This document shows, piece after piece, positions 8,973 through 18,126 of a stretch of 64,000 nucleotides of DNA. Both the position numbers and the translations under genes were made by a program. Numbering within the stretch: the first letter of the stretch is position 1; each line of letters starts with the position of its first letter. The stretch is from positions 960,001-1,024,000 of the forward strand of contig CAWIIB010000001.1 in assembly GCA_963836075.1 (NCBI GenBank), written 5' to 3'. This DNA comes from an uncultured Acidobacteriota bacterium. GTDB lineage: Bacteria; Acidobacteriota; JAQAZP01. The notes beneath the pieces were generated by a model that did not search any database, was not told where the DNA came from, and was given only the letters and a program-made list of their open reading frames with translations.

Positions 8973-9458
8973 CTACTCGTCCTTCTTCTCTTCTTCGGGG
9001 GCCGGCACGTCCGCGGTGGGCGGGGTGACCGGTTCCTTGGGAGCAGGGGTCTCGGCCTTGGCTGCGGCCTCTTCCTGCTCCTCCTCGAAGGCCTGGGCCT
9101 CGAGGTCTTCGATGCGGGCCTCACGGTCCAGGACCTGGCGGTCGAATTCGAGGATCTCCTCGAAGAGCGGCTTCAGATCCTCTTCCTTCAACTGTCCGTC
9201 GTGGAACATCTGCAGGGCCTGCTCGCCCATCTCGGTGATCTTCTTGCCCTTCTGCCGCTTGGTCTTGGCGATTTCCAGCCGGAGATTGGTGATCATCCAG
9301 GCACGGCCGCCCTCGAACTGGACCCGTGAGCCCACGCCCTTGAGGAAGGTCATGAAGCGGTCCATCACCGGGGCTTCATCGGGATCGGTGGGTTTGTCAC
9401 CCACGGGCGGAACCTGTTCCGATTTTTTTTCTTCCTGATTCACTGTCTGATCATCCAT
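8973..9458 (-). CDS. Hypothetical acidic coiled-coil protein
   Basis: Good RBS (gaggag) before MDDQTVN. Helical core with acidic, Pro-rich tails. Upstream TTGACA-17-TAGATT promoter. Confidence 0.7.
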   Translation of the reverse strand: MDDQTVNQEEKKSEQVPPVGDKPTDPDEAPVMDRFMTFLKGVGSRVQFEGGRAWMITNLRLEIAKTKRQKGKKITEMGEQALQMFHDGQLKEEDLKPLFEEILEFDRQVLDREARIEDLEAQAFEEEQEEAAAKAETPAPKEPVTPPTADVPAPEEEKKDE

Positions 9459-9557
9459 TGTTTGCTCCTCCAACTGATGCCCCGCCATGCGGTGCCGGTT
9501 GCCGCGCCATGTTCCAAAACCAGGCTCTGAGGGCAGCCGGGCCGTTGAAGAGGCGCT

Positions 9558-9586
9558 AATCTAGCACAGGGTGTCCGGGTTGTCAA
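9558..9586 (-). promoter_or_regulatory. Sigma70 promoter (TTGACA-17-TAGATT)
   Basis: Reverse complement of aatctagcacagggtgtccgggttgtcaa. Likely drives the hypothetical gene and tRNA-Ala. Confidence 0.6.
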
Positions 9587-9719
9587 TTTCAACCGGGGCT
9601 GCCGGAGAACCCCTTTTGCGGCAGGCAAAAGGGTATGGTCACCCCGAGTTACAGCCGTTATCCGGTCACTCACTGCGGTTTACGTTTTACCACGGATAAA
9701 AGTTCATTCCCAGGTCCGG

Positions 9720-9748
9720 TTGACGCTCTTCCTGCTGTTGGCTACAAT
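9720..9748 (+). promoter_or_regulatory. Sigma70 promoter of selC (TTGACG-17-TACAAT)
   Basis: Near-consensus hexamers with 17-nt spacer, ~20 nt upstream of tRNA-Sec. Confidence 0.7.
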
Positions 9749-9767
9749 GCCCCTCCCATCGGCTTGA

Positions 9768-9865
9768 GGAGGCGAATGGGTGCTGGTGTGCTCCCTGGAC
9801 TTCAAATCCAGTGGCGGTATGGGAGATCATGCCGCGGTGGGTTCGATTCCCACACGCCTCCGCCA
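9768..9865 (+). tRNA. selC: tRNA-Sec(UCA)
   Basis: 98 nt. CTGGACTTCAAATCCAG anticodon arm, 6-bp D stem with TGGT loop, long variable arm (GCGGTATG/CATGCCGC), GTGGGTTCGATTCCCAC T arm, GCCA end. Confidence 0.95.
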
Positions 9866-9871
9866 ACCCTC

Positions 9872-11392
9872 TCAATCATCCCAGTCAATCCGGTAGAGCC
9901 TGAAATGCTCTGTCTGGTGGACCAGTGAGAAGAGCTCGGGGTGGCGGGTCACCAGGTCGGCCAGCAGTACCCGGTCGTAGTCAAAGAATTCGATCTGCAA
10001 CAGGTAATCGGCGCTCACCTCGCGCATCACCTCCAGGCGCCAGAGCTGGTCGGCGGAGGCGGCATCCTGATCCGTTCCTTGCCGCTTGCCCCGGGCCATC
10101 TCCCACCGTCTGAACCAGTCCTCGAAGGGCCGGTAGTAGGGCCCCGAGACCCGGCCGGTATAGTAATGCACAATCCGTGGGCGAATGGAGATGATGACAT
10201 CGTCCTCGGCGGTGTTCGCCCGGATGTGCTCGAAAAATGCCGTGGCCTCCGGGCCAGTGACCCCGTTGGGGATGGTACGGAGGTTGAGCCGGATATAGCT
10301 GGTGCCGTAGGAAAGCAGCAGGGCCAGAATCAGGCCCGTCCGCGCCAGGGTTCGCAGCCGGTTTCGGGTGAAGAGCCGGTCAATCCCCTCGAAGAGGTAG
10401 AGGAGCAGAATAGGAAAGATCGGCACAAGGTAGCGCGGGGACCCGCCGGGATAGATCAGCAGGACCAGCAGGTAGAGAATGAAAAAGATGTCGATCAGAT
10501 CCGGCCCCTTGATCAGGCGCCGCAGGAAGAGGTAGAGCAGCGCCACCCCGGCCAGGGCGGCCACCACGATGCACAGCCGTATAGGGCTCTCCGCGCCCCA
10601 GAGGCCCACGTAGTTGCGCAGACGCAGCATCAGACTGAAGAGATAGACCCGCCAGTCGGCCTCACCAATCCAGGACAGATACCCGGCGCCACCGGGTAAG
10701 GTAAAAAACTGCACCACAGCCACCGGCAGGGCGATGAGACCCGCTTTGAAGGTCGGTGCCGAGATCCGGCGGGTTCGCAGCAGGTCGAGCAGGATGGCCG
10801 CCGGCAGGACGACGACCCCCGCGGTCCGGGTGGCAAAGGAGAGATAGGCCAGCAGGCCGGCGGCGAGGAACCCGTAGCGGGCCCAGTGGGAACCGCTGGT
10901 GGCTTCGGCTGACCTCCGGACCGCCAGCAGGGCGGCATAGGTAAAGAAGATGAACGGGATGTCGGACAGGATGGAGTCCTTCATCTGCCAGCAGTGGGGA
11001 TTGAGGGCCACCAGGGCCAGGACCGCCAGCAGAGAAACGGGCTCCAGCCGGCGGGTGAAGAGCCGGGCCATCAGGAAGAGCGCCGGGATGAAGAAAATCA
11101 GGTTGATCAGCTTGAGGGCTTCGAGGTCGGGCCCGAACAGGGCCTGGAACGGGACCAGCACCGCGGGGTAAACCGGGGGGTAGGCATCGGGGTACGGCGA
11201 CGGAGTGATGAGCCGGCTCACCGCCACCCCGGAGAGGGCGTAGGGCTCGCCGCCGGCCAGGTGATCCGCGTGCTGCAGATACTGGGCAAAGTCACCGGTC
11301 CAGACGTGGCCCTGCCGGAAACTGAAGAGATAGAACAGGCCCACGGCGAGCAGAAGCAGGAACATGGCGCGCTGGGAGGGCTGTCTGTTCAT
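9872..11392 (-). CDS. Polytopic GT-C fold glycosyltransferase (ArnT/PMT-like)
   Basis: Many TM segments. N-terminal W-x-G-D-x-x-x-Y loop, YPPVYP, SDIPF, RYLVP motifs. Confidence 0.7.
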   Translation of the reverse strand: MNRQPSQRAMFLLLLAVGLFYLFSFRQGHVWTGDFAQYLQHADHLAGGEPYALSGVAVSRLITPSPYPDAYPPVYPAVLVPFQALFGPDLEALKLINLIFFIPALFLMARLFTRRLEPVSLLAVLALVALNPHCWQMKDSILSDIPFIFFTYAALLAVRRSAEATSGSHWARYGFLAAGLLAYLSFATRTAGVVVLPAAILLDLLRTRRISAPTFKAGLIALPVAVVQFFTLPGGAGYLSWIGEADWRVYLFSLMLRLRNYVGLWGAESPIRLCIVVAALAGVALLYLFLRRLIKGPDLIDIFFILYLLVLLIYPGGSPRYLVPIFPILLLYLFEGIDRLFTRNRLRTLARTGLILALLLSYGTSYIRLNLRTIPNGVTGPEATAFFEHIRANTAEDDVIISIRPRIVHYYTGRVSGPYYRPFEDWFRRWEMARGKRQGTDQDAASADQLWRLEVMREVSADYLLQIEFFDYDRVLLADLVTRHPELFSLVHQTEHFRLYRIDWDD

Positions 11393-11398
11393 GGTCGA

Positions 11399-12826
11399 TC
11401 AGTTCTTCACTTCGCCCCAGGAGGAGACGATGCCATTCATCTCCCCGGGTGCGGTCCCGTCGACAATGCCCTGCGCGGCGGCCAGGCCCATCTGCAGGCA
11501 CTGGTAGACGTCGACGTAGCGGAAGAGCGCCTGCCGGCCGCAGTGCCGCAGGTTTTCGATCCGGCTCATCCCCTCCAGGTATCGCTGCAGCCGTTCCTGG
11601 TAGTCCACAGTGTACACCGGGTAGCAATAGGGCCGGCGGACCACGCTGTGGTTTTCCACTTCCCAGGCATCCAGCAGTCCCAGCCGCTCCAGCCCGGCAA
11701 CCGATTTCTCCAGCAGCTGGGCGTCGCTCATCCCGCCGCTGTCGGTGATCTCCAGGGTCAGGCCGGTCCGCCCGGTCCCGGGCACCGTCTCGGGACTGAG
11801 GTGACGGACTTCGCTCCCCCGCTGAAAGAGGATGTCCTGGTCATGAAAGTAGACCACACGCGTGTCGAGCACCTGGGGCCGGGCGACCTCCAGGTAGAGC
11901 AGCGCCAGGCCGCGATAGGTCAGCCCCAGACCCCAGCGGCGGGTTTCCTCGTCCAGGCCCGGAATGGCGCCCACCAGCTCCGGCACCGGCAGCGTGGAGA
12001 CCACCCAGTCGGCCGCCACATGACCACCGCCGTTGTCATTGTCGAACCGGATGCTCCGGACACGAGTGCCGTCGAGGCTCAGTTCCTTCACCCGGCTTGC
12101 CAGGTGGATCTCCCCTCCGGCGGCCCGGACCTGTTCGGCGATGGCGTGGCTGATCTGCCAGTAACCCTTCCTCGGGTAGTGAATCTGCACTGCTCCGGAC
12201 TGCCCCTGCAGTGGTCCGCTCTTCTTACCTCCCGACCGTCCGGGAACACGGAAGAGCGCCCGGAGCAGCCGCCAGGGGCTGATTCGTGGAATGCGCTCGG
12301 AGGCGAAGTTGGCGGCCAGGGTCTCCGGCGGCACGCCCCAGGTCTTGCTGGAGAACGGGCCGAAAAAGTGATCGTAGAGCCCCTGGCCAAAGTGCAGCAC
12401 GATCCAGTCGCGGAAGTTGTCCACCCTGGGCCGGGTGCAGCCGCGGCGGATCGCGGAAAAGACGTAGTCCATACCGCAGCGCAGCAGGACCTGGGGCGGC
12501 AGGTTGGCCGCGGCCGAGGCGACGCTCAACGGGTAGTCGAGGGTCCGGCCGCGAAAGACGATCTTCTTGCCGCCATACAGCGGGCCGTATTCCAGCAGGT
12601 CGTCGCCCAGCAGATCCTTGATTCGCCGGAACACTTCGGGATCCTTGGAGTAGAAGGAATGCGGCCCGTAGTCAAAGGTGTAGCCGCGGCTGAAGTGACT
12701 GCCGGCCAGACCGCCCACCCGCGGCTGGGCCTCGATCAGGGTGACCCGGCAGCCGGCCTCGGCCAGCCCCCAGGCCACAGCCAGACCACTCATTCCGGCA
12801 CCGAGAATGATCGCCGAGGGTTTCAC
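11399..12826 (-). CDS. FAD-dependent oxidoreductase (protoporphyrinogen oxidase/UDP-galactopyranose mutase-like)
   Basis: GAGMSGL dinucleotide motif, VGGLA..FDYGPH, K-T-W-G, YPVY, GRQALFRY. Confidence 0.8.
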   Translation of the reverse strand: MKPSAIILGAGMSGLAVAWGLAEAGCRVTLIEAQPRVGGLAGSHFSRGYTFDYGPHSFYSKDPEVFRRIKDLLGDDLLEYGPLYGGKKIVFRGRTLDYPLSVASAAANLPPQVLLRCGMDYVFSAIRRGCTRPRVDNFRDWIVLHFGQGLYDHFFGPFSSKTWGVPPETLAANFASERIPRISPWRLLRALFRVPGRSGGKKSGPLQGQSGAVQIHYPRKGYWQISHAIAEQVRAAGGEIHLASRVKELSLDGTRVRSIRFDNDNGGGHVAADWVVSTLPVPELVGAIPGLDEETRRWGLGLTYRGLALLYLEVARPQVLDTRVVYFHDQDILFQRGSEVRHLSPETVPGTGRTGLTLEITDSGGMSDAQLLEKSVAGLERLGLLDAWEVENHSVVRRPYCYPVYTVDYQERLQRYLEGMSRIENLRHCGRQALFRYVDVYQCLQMGLAAAQGIVDGTAPGEMNGIVSSWGEVKN

Positions 12827-12839
12827 GCCGCCACCCCCC

Positions 12840-14075
12840 TCAAAACCCGAAGGCGCGGCGGATGGCCGCGGCCACCGTCTCCACGCTCTCCGCGCCCATA
12901 CCGGAGAAAAGCGGCAGGATGAGCACCCGTTCCCGCGCCTCCTCGCTGCGGGGAAGCGACCAGCCGGCCGGCCGGTAGGGCTCCTCCTGGTGTGCGTTCA
13001 TGATCCCGGGGCGGCTGGCAATCCCCTGGCGCAGCAGGGTCTGCATCAGGTCCGCCTGGTTCAGTGGCGTGTCCTCCAGCAGACGCACCGGGTAGCTCTG
13101 CCAGTTGGGACGGGTATGAACTGCCGGGCGCGGCGGCTCCAGCCACGGGATGCCGTCCAGCAGGTCGGTGTACAGCCCGGCCAGCCTCCGGCGCTCGGCG
13201 ATGTTCTCCTCCAGCTTGTCCAGCTGCACCAGTCCCATGGCCGCCTGGATGTCGGTCATCCGGTAGTTGTAGGCGGTCTCCAGGTAGCGCTCCACGATCA
13301 CCTCGTCCGAGCGGTGGCGCTTCTCGTCGGAGACGTCCATCCCGTGGTGGCGCAGCACCCTGAACCGGGCGTCAAGGTCGCCGTCCGTGGTGGTGATCAT
13401 TCCGCCGTCGCCGGTGGTGATCAGTTTGCGCGGGTGAAAGCTGAAACAGGCGGTCTGGCCCCGGGGCCGCCCCACCCGCTCCCAGTCCGCCTCTTCAGCG
13501 GCCAGCGCACTGCCCGCGGCACAGGCCGCATCCTCCACCACCGGCACCCCGTAGCGAGCACCGAGCTCGATGACCCGCCCCAGGTCTGCGGGAAAGCCCA
13601 TCTGGTGCACCGGCACGATGGCGGCCAGGCGTCCCGCGGCCGTCCGCCCGGCCAGCGGGGACTCACCCACCGCGATCCGCGACAGATCACGGAAGTAGTA
13701 CCCTTCTTTTCGCGGCTCGAACTCCTTGTCCAGCAGGCGGTGCAGGCTGTCGGGGTCGATGCAGAAGGTTTCGGGCAGGATGTCGGCAAAGACCGGCTCG
13801 GCGCCGCACAGACGCACCGCATTGGCCGTGGCGATAAAACTGTGGCTCACCGTGGCCACCACGTCCCCGGGCCCCACGCCGGCGCCGCGCAGGGCCAGGT
13901 GCAGGGCGGCGGTGCAACTGGACACGGCACAGGCGTGGGCCGCGCCGGTGTAACGGGCGAAGGCCCTCTCGAACTCGGCGACCTTCGGCCCCTGGGTCAC
14001 CCAGCCGGAGAGCACCACCTGGCGGATCGCCTCCGCCTCCTCCTCACCGAGCAGTGGTTTGATGATCGGGATCAT
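12840..14075 (-). CDS. DegT/DnrJ/EryC1/StrS family PLP aminotransferase
   Basis: SGWVTQGP, SSCTAALH, EDAACA, FSFHPRKLITTGDGG, NYRMTDIQAAMG. Confidence 0.92.
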   Translation of the reverse strand: MIPIIKPLLGEEEAEAIRQVVLSGWVTQGPKVAEFERAFARYTGAAHACAVSSCTAALHLALRGAGVGPGDVVATVSHSFIATANAVRLCGAEPVFADILPETFCIDPDSLHRLLDKEFEPRKEGYYFRDLSRIAVGESPLAGRTAAGRLAAIVPVHQMGFPADLGRVIELGARYGVPVVEDAACAAGSALAAEEADWERVGRPRGQTACFSFHPRKLITTGDGGMITTTDGDLDARFRVLRHHGMDVSDEKRHRSDEVIVERYLETAYNYRMTDIQAAMGLVQLDKLEENIAERRRLAGLYTDLLDGIPWLEPPRPAVHTRPNWQSYPVRLLEDTPLNQADLMQTLLRQGIASRPGIMNAHQEEPYRPAGWSLPRSEEARERVLILPLFSGMGAESVETVAAAIRRAFGF

Positions 14076-15082
14076 CGTACCTCTTCCCAGTTGCGGGCCA
14101 CTTCCTCACCGGCCAGCGTACGGAGCCCGGCGGGGTGGTGGCGGAACCAGTCCACCGTGCGGGTCAACCCCTCCTCCAGGCCCACTTCGGGCGCCCAGCC
14201 GGTGAGCGCCTTGAAGCGCGAAGCATCGGAATAGAGACGGTCCACGTCACCCGGCCGCCGCGGCATTCGGCGCGGCTCCCGGGCCAGGTGTCCCGCCTGG
14301 CTGATGATCATCCCCACCAAACGCCGGACGGTGATCTCACGGCCGCTGCCCACGTTGAGCGTCCGGCCCACGGCGGCATCGCACTGGGCCGCGGAGACCA
14401 GGGCCCGGGCCACATCGGTGACGTAGGTGAAATCGCGGGTCTGGTCACCGTCGCCGAAAATCACCGGCGGTTCGCCGGTCAGCGCGCGAACGATCGACTT
14501 GGGGATCACCTCCCCGGCCAGCCCCTCGTGGTGCGACCGCGGGCCAAAGGTGTTGAACGGCCGCAGCATCATTGCCGGCAGCCCACGGCTGTTGCGCAGG
14601 GCCCGGACATAGGCCTCCCCGGCCAGCTTGCTCGCCCCGTACACCGTGCGCGGCATGGTGGGGTGGTCCTCGTTCATCGGCACTGAATGGGCCGTGCCAT
14701 AGACCTCCGAGGAGGAGATGTGGACATAGAGGGAGACACCCCGGTCACAGGCCGCCTGGGCCACGGTCAGCGACCCGCCGGCGTTGACCCTGTGGTTTTC
14801 CTGCGGGTGCAGCAGCGAGTGCCGGACCCCGAGGCAGGCCAGATGGAACACCACGTCCACGCCGGCCAGGGCGTTGAACACCTGCGCCGTCTCGCTGACG
14901 CTGCCCTCGACCAGCTCCACCTCCCGGTTACCGGAATGGCCGGCAAGATTTGCCAGCTTCCCGGTGACCAGGTTGTCCAGGATGCGCACACGGCAACCGA
15001 TGTCCACCAGTAAATCCACCAGGTGGGACCCGATAAATCCGGCGCCGCCGGTCACCAGCACCTGCTTGCCCTTCAGGAACAT
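14072..15082 (-). CDS. NAD-dependent epimerase/dehydratase (extended SDR)
   Basis: VTGGAGFIGSH, SSSEVYG, YGASK, RPFNTFGP, DQTRDF. Start placed at MFLKGKQ. Confidence 0.92.
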   Translation of the reverse strand: MFLKGKQVLVTGGAGFIGSHLVDLLVDIGCRVRILDNLVTGKLANLAGHSGNREVELVEGSVSETAQVFNALAGVDVVFHLACLGVRHSLLHPQENHRVNAGGSLTVAQAACDRGVSLYVHISSSEVYGTAHSVPMNEDHPTMPRTVYGASKLAGEAYVRALRNSRGLPAMMLRPFNTFGPRSHHEGLAGEVIPKSIVRALTGEPPVIFGDGDQTRDFTYVTDVARALVSAAQCDAAVGRTLNVGSGREITVRRLVGMIISQAGHLAREPRRMPRRPGDVDRLYSDASRFKALTGWAPEVGLEEGLTRTVDWFRHHPAGLRTLAGEEVARNWEEVR

Positions 15083-16215
15083 GATCGGGCTGCCTCCAGG
15101 CTGTTGATCTTCTCCAGTGCCCGCTCCAGCTCGCGGCAGACCTGGTCCACCTGACCATCGGTCATTTCGGCAAAGATGGGCAGGGACAACTGCCGCCGGG
15201 CGCACCGCTCGGTCACGCCGAGGGCGCCCTCCGCGGGCGCCAGGTGGCGAAACGGCGGCGTTTGGTGCAGGGGTACCGGGTAGTGGACGCCCGTCTCCAC
15301 GCCGCGCCGCCGCAGTTCCCCGGCCACGTCGTCACGCCGGTCCAGTCGGATGACGAACTGGTGATAGACATGGGTCCGGCCCTCGCCCTCCACCGGCAGC
15401 TCGACGCCGGACAGCCGTTCCAGGCGCCGGCGGTAGCGGCTGGCCAGCTCGCACCGCCGCTGGTTCCAGCGGGGGAGCCGCGAGAGTTTGACCCGCAGCG
15501 CCGCAGCCTGCAGGGCGTCGCAACGCCCGTTGCCTCCCCGGACCTCGTGGACATTTTTATCTGACTGCCCCTGGTGGCGCAGCATTCGGACCGTGTGGGC
15601 CAGGCCCTGGTCGCCGGTCACCACCGCCCCGGCCTCACCGCAGGCGCCGAGGTTCTTTGCCGGGTAGAAGGAGAACGCCGCCGCACTGCCCATTGAACCT
15701 GCCGGGCGGCCACGGTATTCGGCCAGGTGGGCCTGGCAGGCGTCCTCCACCACCCAGAGACCCCGCTCCCCGGCAAAACGGTTGATCGAATCCATGTCTG
15801 CGGTCTGGCCGAAGAGGTGCACCGGCAGGATGCCGCGGGTGCGCCGGGTGACCGCCGCCTCGAGCTTGGCCGGATCGAGGGTGCAGGTCCCGGGTTCGAC
15901 GTCGACAAAAACCACCTCTCCCCCCGCCTGGACGATGGCCGCGGCGGTGGCGATGAACGTGTTGGCCACGGTGATCACTTCGTCTCCCGGTTCCAGGCCC
16001 AGCGCCCTGAGGGTGAAGTACAGGGCATCGGTACCGCTGCTCACCGCCACGCAGTGCGGGGCCGAGCAGGCCGCGGCAAATTCCTCCTCGAAGGCCTCCA
16101 CTTCCCTGCCGCCCACAAAGGCGCCCGAGTCGAGGATCGCCTCCCAGCGGGCAAGAATCTCGCCCTTCAGTTCCCGGTGCTGGGCCGGGAGATCGATCAT
16201 CGGCACCCTGTTCAT
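15073..16215 (-). CDS. DegT/DnrJ/EryC1/StrS family aminotransferase (WbpE/FdtB-like)
   Basis: SSGTDAL, VHLFGQ, EDACQAH, FSFYPAKNLGACGEAG, HYPVPLH. Confidence 0.92.
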   Translation of the reverse strand: MNRVPMIDLPAQHRELKGEILARWEAILDSGAFVGGREVEAFEEEFAAACSAPHCVAVSSGTDALYFTLRALGLEPGDEVITVANTFIATAAAIVQAGGEVVFVDVEPGTCTLDPAKLEAAVTRRTRGILPVHLFGQTADMDSINRFAGERGLWVVEDACQAHLAEYRGRPAGSMGSAAAFSFYPAKNLGACGEAGAVVTGDQGLAHTVRMLRHQGQSDKNVHEVRGGNGRCDALQAAALRVKLSRLPRWNQRRCELASRYRRRLERLSGVELPVEGEGRTHVYHQFVIRLDRRDDVAGELRRRGVETGVHYPVPLHQTPPFRHLAPAEGALGVTERCARRQLSLPIFAEMTDGQVDQVCRELERALEKINSLEAARSCS

Positions 16216-16688
16216 CGCCCTCCGCCCCCCAGACAGCGGGCCGGGTTTCCGGCCCAGGTTTCATCGGGCGGCACATCCCGGGTCACCACGCTGCCCGCGC
16301 CGACCATGGCCCCGGCGCCGATGGTCACTCCGCAGAGGATGGTGGCGCCCGACCCGATGGACGCCCGCTCCTCCACCCTGGTGGGCACCGGCGTCCAGTC
16401 CTGCTCGGTCTGCAGCGCCCCGTCCTCCCCGGTGGCCCGCGGCCGGCGGTCGTTGATGAACGTCACGTTGTGCCCGATAAAAACGCCGTCGCCGATCTCC
16501 ACCCCCTCGCAGATAAAGGTGTGGCTGGAAATCTTGCAGTCGCTCCCCACCCGTGCGCCCTTCTGGATTTCCACAAAAGTGCCGATCTTTGTCCGGTCAC
16601 CCACCACACAGCCGTAGAGGTTGACAAAGGCGTGCATCTGCACCCCGGCGCCCAGCTGTACATCAGGCGCGATGCGGCAGAACTCCAT
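16212..16688 (-). CDS. Hexapeptide-repeat sugar N-acetyltransferase (WbpD/FdtC-like)
   Basis: KIGTFVEIQK, KISSHTFICEGVEIGDGVFIGHNVTFIND, GAGSVVTRDVP, GNPAR. Confidence 0.9.
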   Translation of the reverse strand: MEFCRIAPDVQLGAGVQMHAFVNLYGCVVGDRTKIGTFVEIQKGARVGSDCKISSHTFICEGVEIGDGVFIGHNVTFINDRRPRATGEDGALQTEQDWTPVPTRVEERASIGSGATILCGVTIGAGAMVGAGSVVTRDVPPDETWAGNPARCLGGGGR

Positions 16689-16690
16689 GG

Positions 16691-17755
16691 TCAGACCTCG
16701 ATGGGGATGTTGGCCCCGTGGGCCTTGATCGACCGGTCGGCGGCCTCGAGAATGGCCAGAACACGCAGGGCGTCGGCGCCGTCGGTGAGCGGCTTCCGGT
16801 CATCGCGGATGCTGCAGGCGAACTCCTGAACCACCTGGGAGAGCGCTTCGGTCTGCGAGATATTCGGCGAATACATGTCGCCCGAACGGTAGGAGATCAG
16901 CCGCCGGATCTTTTCCTCGGGACGGGTTACGTCCACGTCGATCCCCTTGTCGTAGATCTTGATCTTTTCCGACTGTTCCATGTCGTCCCAGACCAGCATC
17001 TTCTCCCGCCCCCCGATCATGGTCATCCGGATTTTCACCGGGGAGAGCCAGTTGACATGAATGTGGGCGATGAAGACATCGTCGAAGTTGAGGGAGAGGT
17101 AGGCCATGCTGGCCCGCCCGTTGCCCCCGTGGCTCACCCCGTGGACGCTCACCGAAACCGGTTTTTTGTCCACCACGAAGTCGATGATCGAGAGGTCGTG
17201 GGTCGCCAGGTCCCAGACCACGTTGCAGTCGTCCTGGAACTGTCCCAGGTTGACCCGGATCGAGTCGAAGTAGAGCAGTTCGCCGAGGTCGCCCCGCTGC
17301 ACCACCTCGCGGATCTTCTGCACCGCAGCGGTGTAGCAGAATGTGTGGTCGCACATCAGCTTCAGTCCCGACCGCCGGGCCAGCTCCACCAGTTCCCTCC
17401 CCTGGTCCACACTCAACGCCAGGGGTTTCTCCAGCAGCACGTGCTTGCCCCGTTCCATCGCCGCCCGGGCGACGGGGAAATGGCTGCTCACCGGTGTGGC
17501 CACGGCCACGGCGTCCACAGCGGGGTCGTTCAATACGTCCAGGGCGTTGATGGTGGTCCGTACACCGGGATACGCGGCGGACACGTTTCCCAGCCGCTCT
17601 TCGTTCAGGTCACAGAGCCAGGCAAGTCTTGTCAGCGGGCAGGAGTGAAAATTGCGGATCAGGTTCGGCCCCCAATAGCCGCACCCCACCACCGCCACAG
17701 CGATGGTGTTGCCGGCCTCCACTGGATTCATCCTGCTTGCCAGGGGTCCGTTCAT
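16691..17755 (-). CDS. Gfo/Idh/MocA family oxidoreductase (WbpB-like)
   Basis: GCGYWGPNLIRNF, EKP, WDLATHD, VNWLSPVKIR. Confidence 0.9.
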   Translation of the reverse strand: MNGPLASRMNPVEAGNTIAVAVVGCGYWGPNLIRNFHSCPLTRLAWLCDLNEERLGNVSAAYPGVRTTINALDVLNDPAVDAVAVATPVSSHFPVARAAMERGKHVLLEKPLALSVDQGRELVELARRSGLKLMCDHTFCYTAAVQKIREVVQRGDLGELLYFDSIRVNLGQFQDDCNVVWDLATHDLSIIDFVVDKKPVSVSVHGVSHGGNGRASMAYLSLNFDDVFIAHIHVNWLSPVKIRMTMIGGREKMLVWDDMEQSEKIKIYDKGIDVDVTRPEEKIRRLISYRSGDMYSPNISQTEALSQVVQEFACSIRDDRKPLTDGADALRVLAILEAADRSIKAHGANIPIEV

Positions 17756-18126
17756 TCCCTGCAGAGTCCCAAAATATGTGATACCTGAACCGGCAATGCG
17801 AGACTGCGTCTCGCATCAAAGACAGAAAAAACAGTCATAAGTCACAAAAAACGTCAGTCCGAAGACAATATCTATTATTTCAACAACTTGCCTCTCTTAG
17901 GTATTTCGGCACACTCAAGTTCCATAGTTAGCGTAAATAATACCCGCCCCTTCGGTGTTGCACAACAGGAAATTTTCCACGATGGACATGATTTATTTCA
18001 ATGCCCCACCCGGGGGGCCCGCTTGACCCGGACCGGTTCCATTGCCATACTTTCATAAAACGCTCCCCCACCACAGCGACACCGGCGAGACCGCAGACAA
18101 GTTCAGGCCGTTATCAGGACAGGTGC

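Noticed and set aside
9840-18126. Sugar cluster as a selC-integrated island
   Set aside because: No duplicate of the selC 3' end and no integrase were found by eye, and coding GC resembles the backbone.
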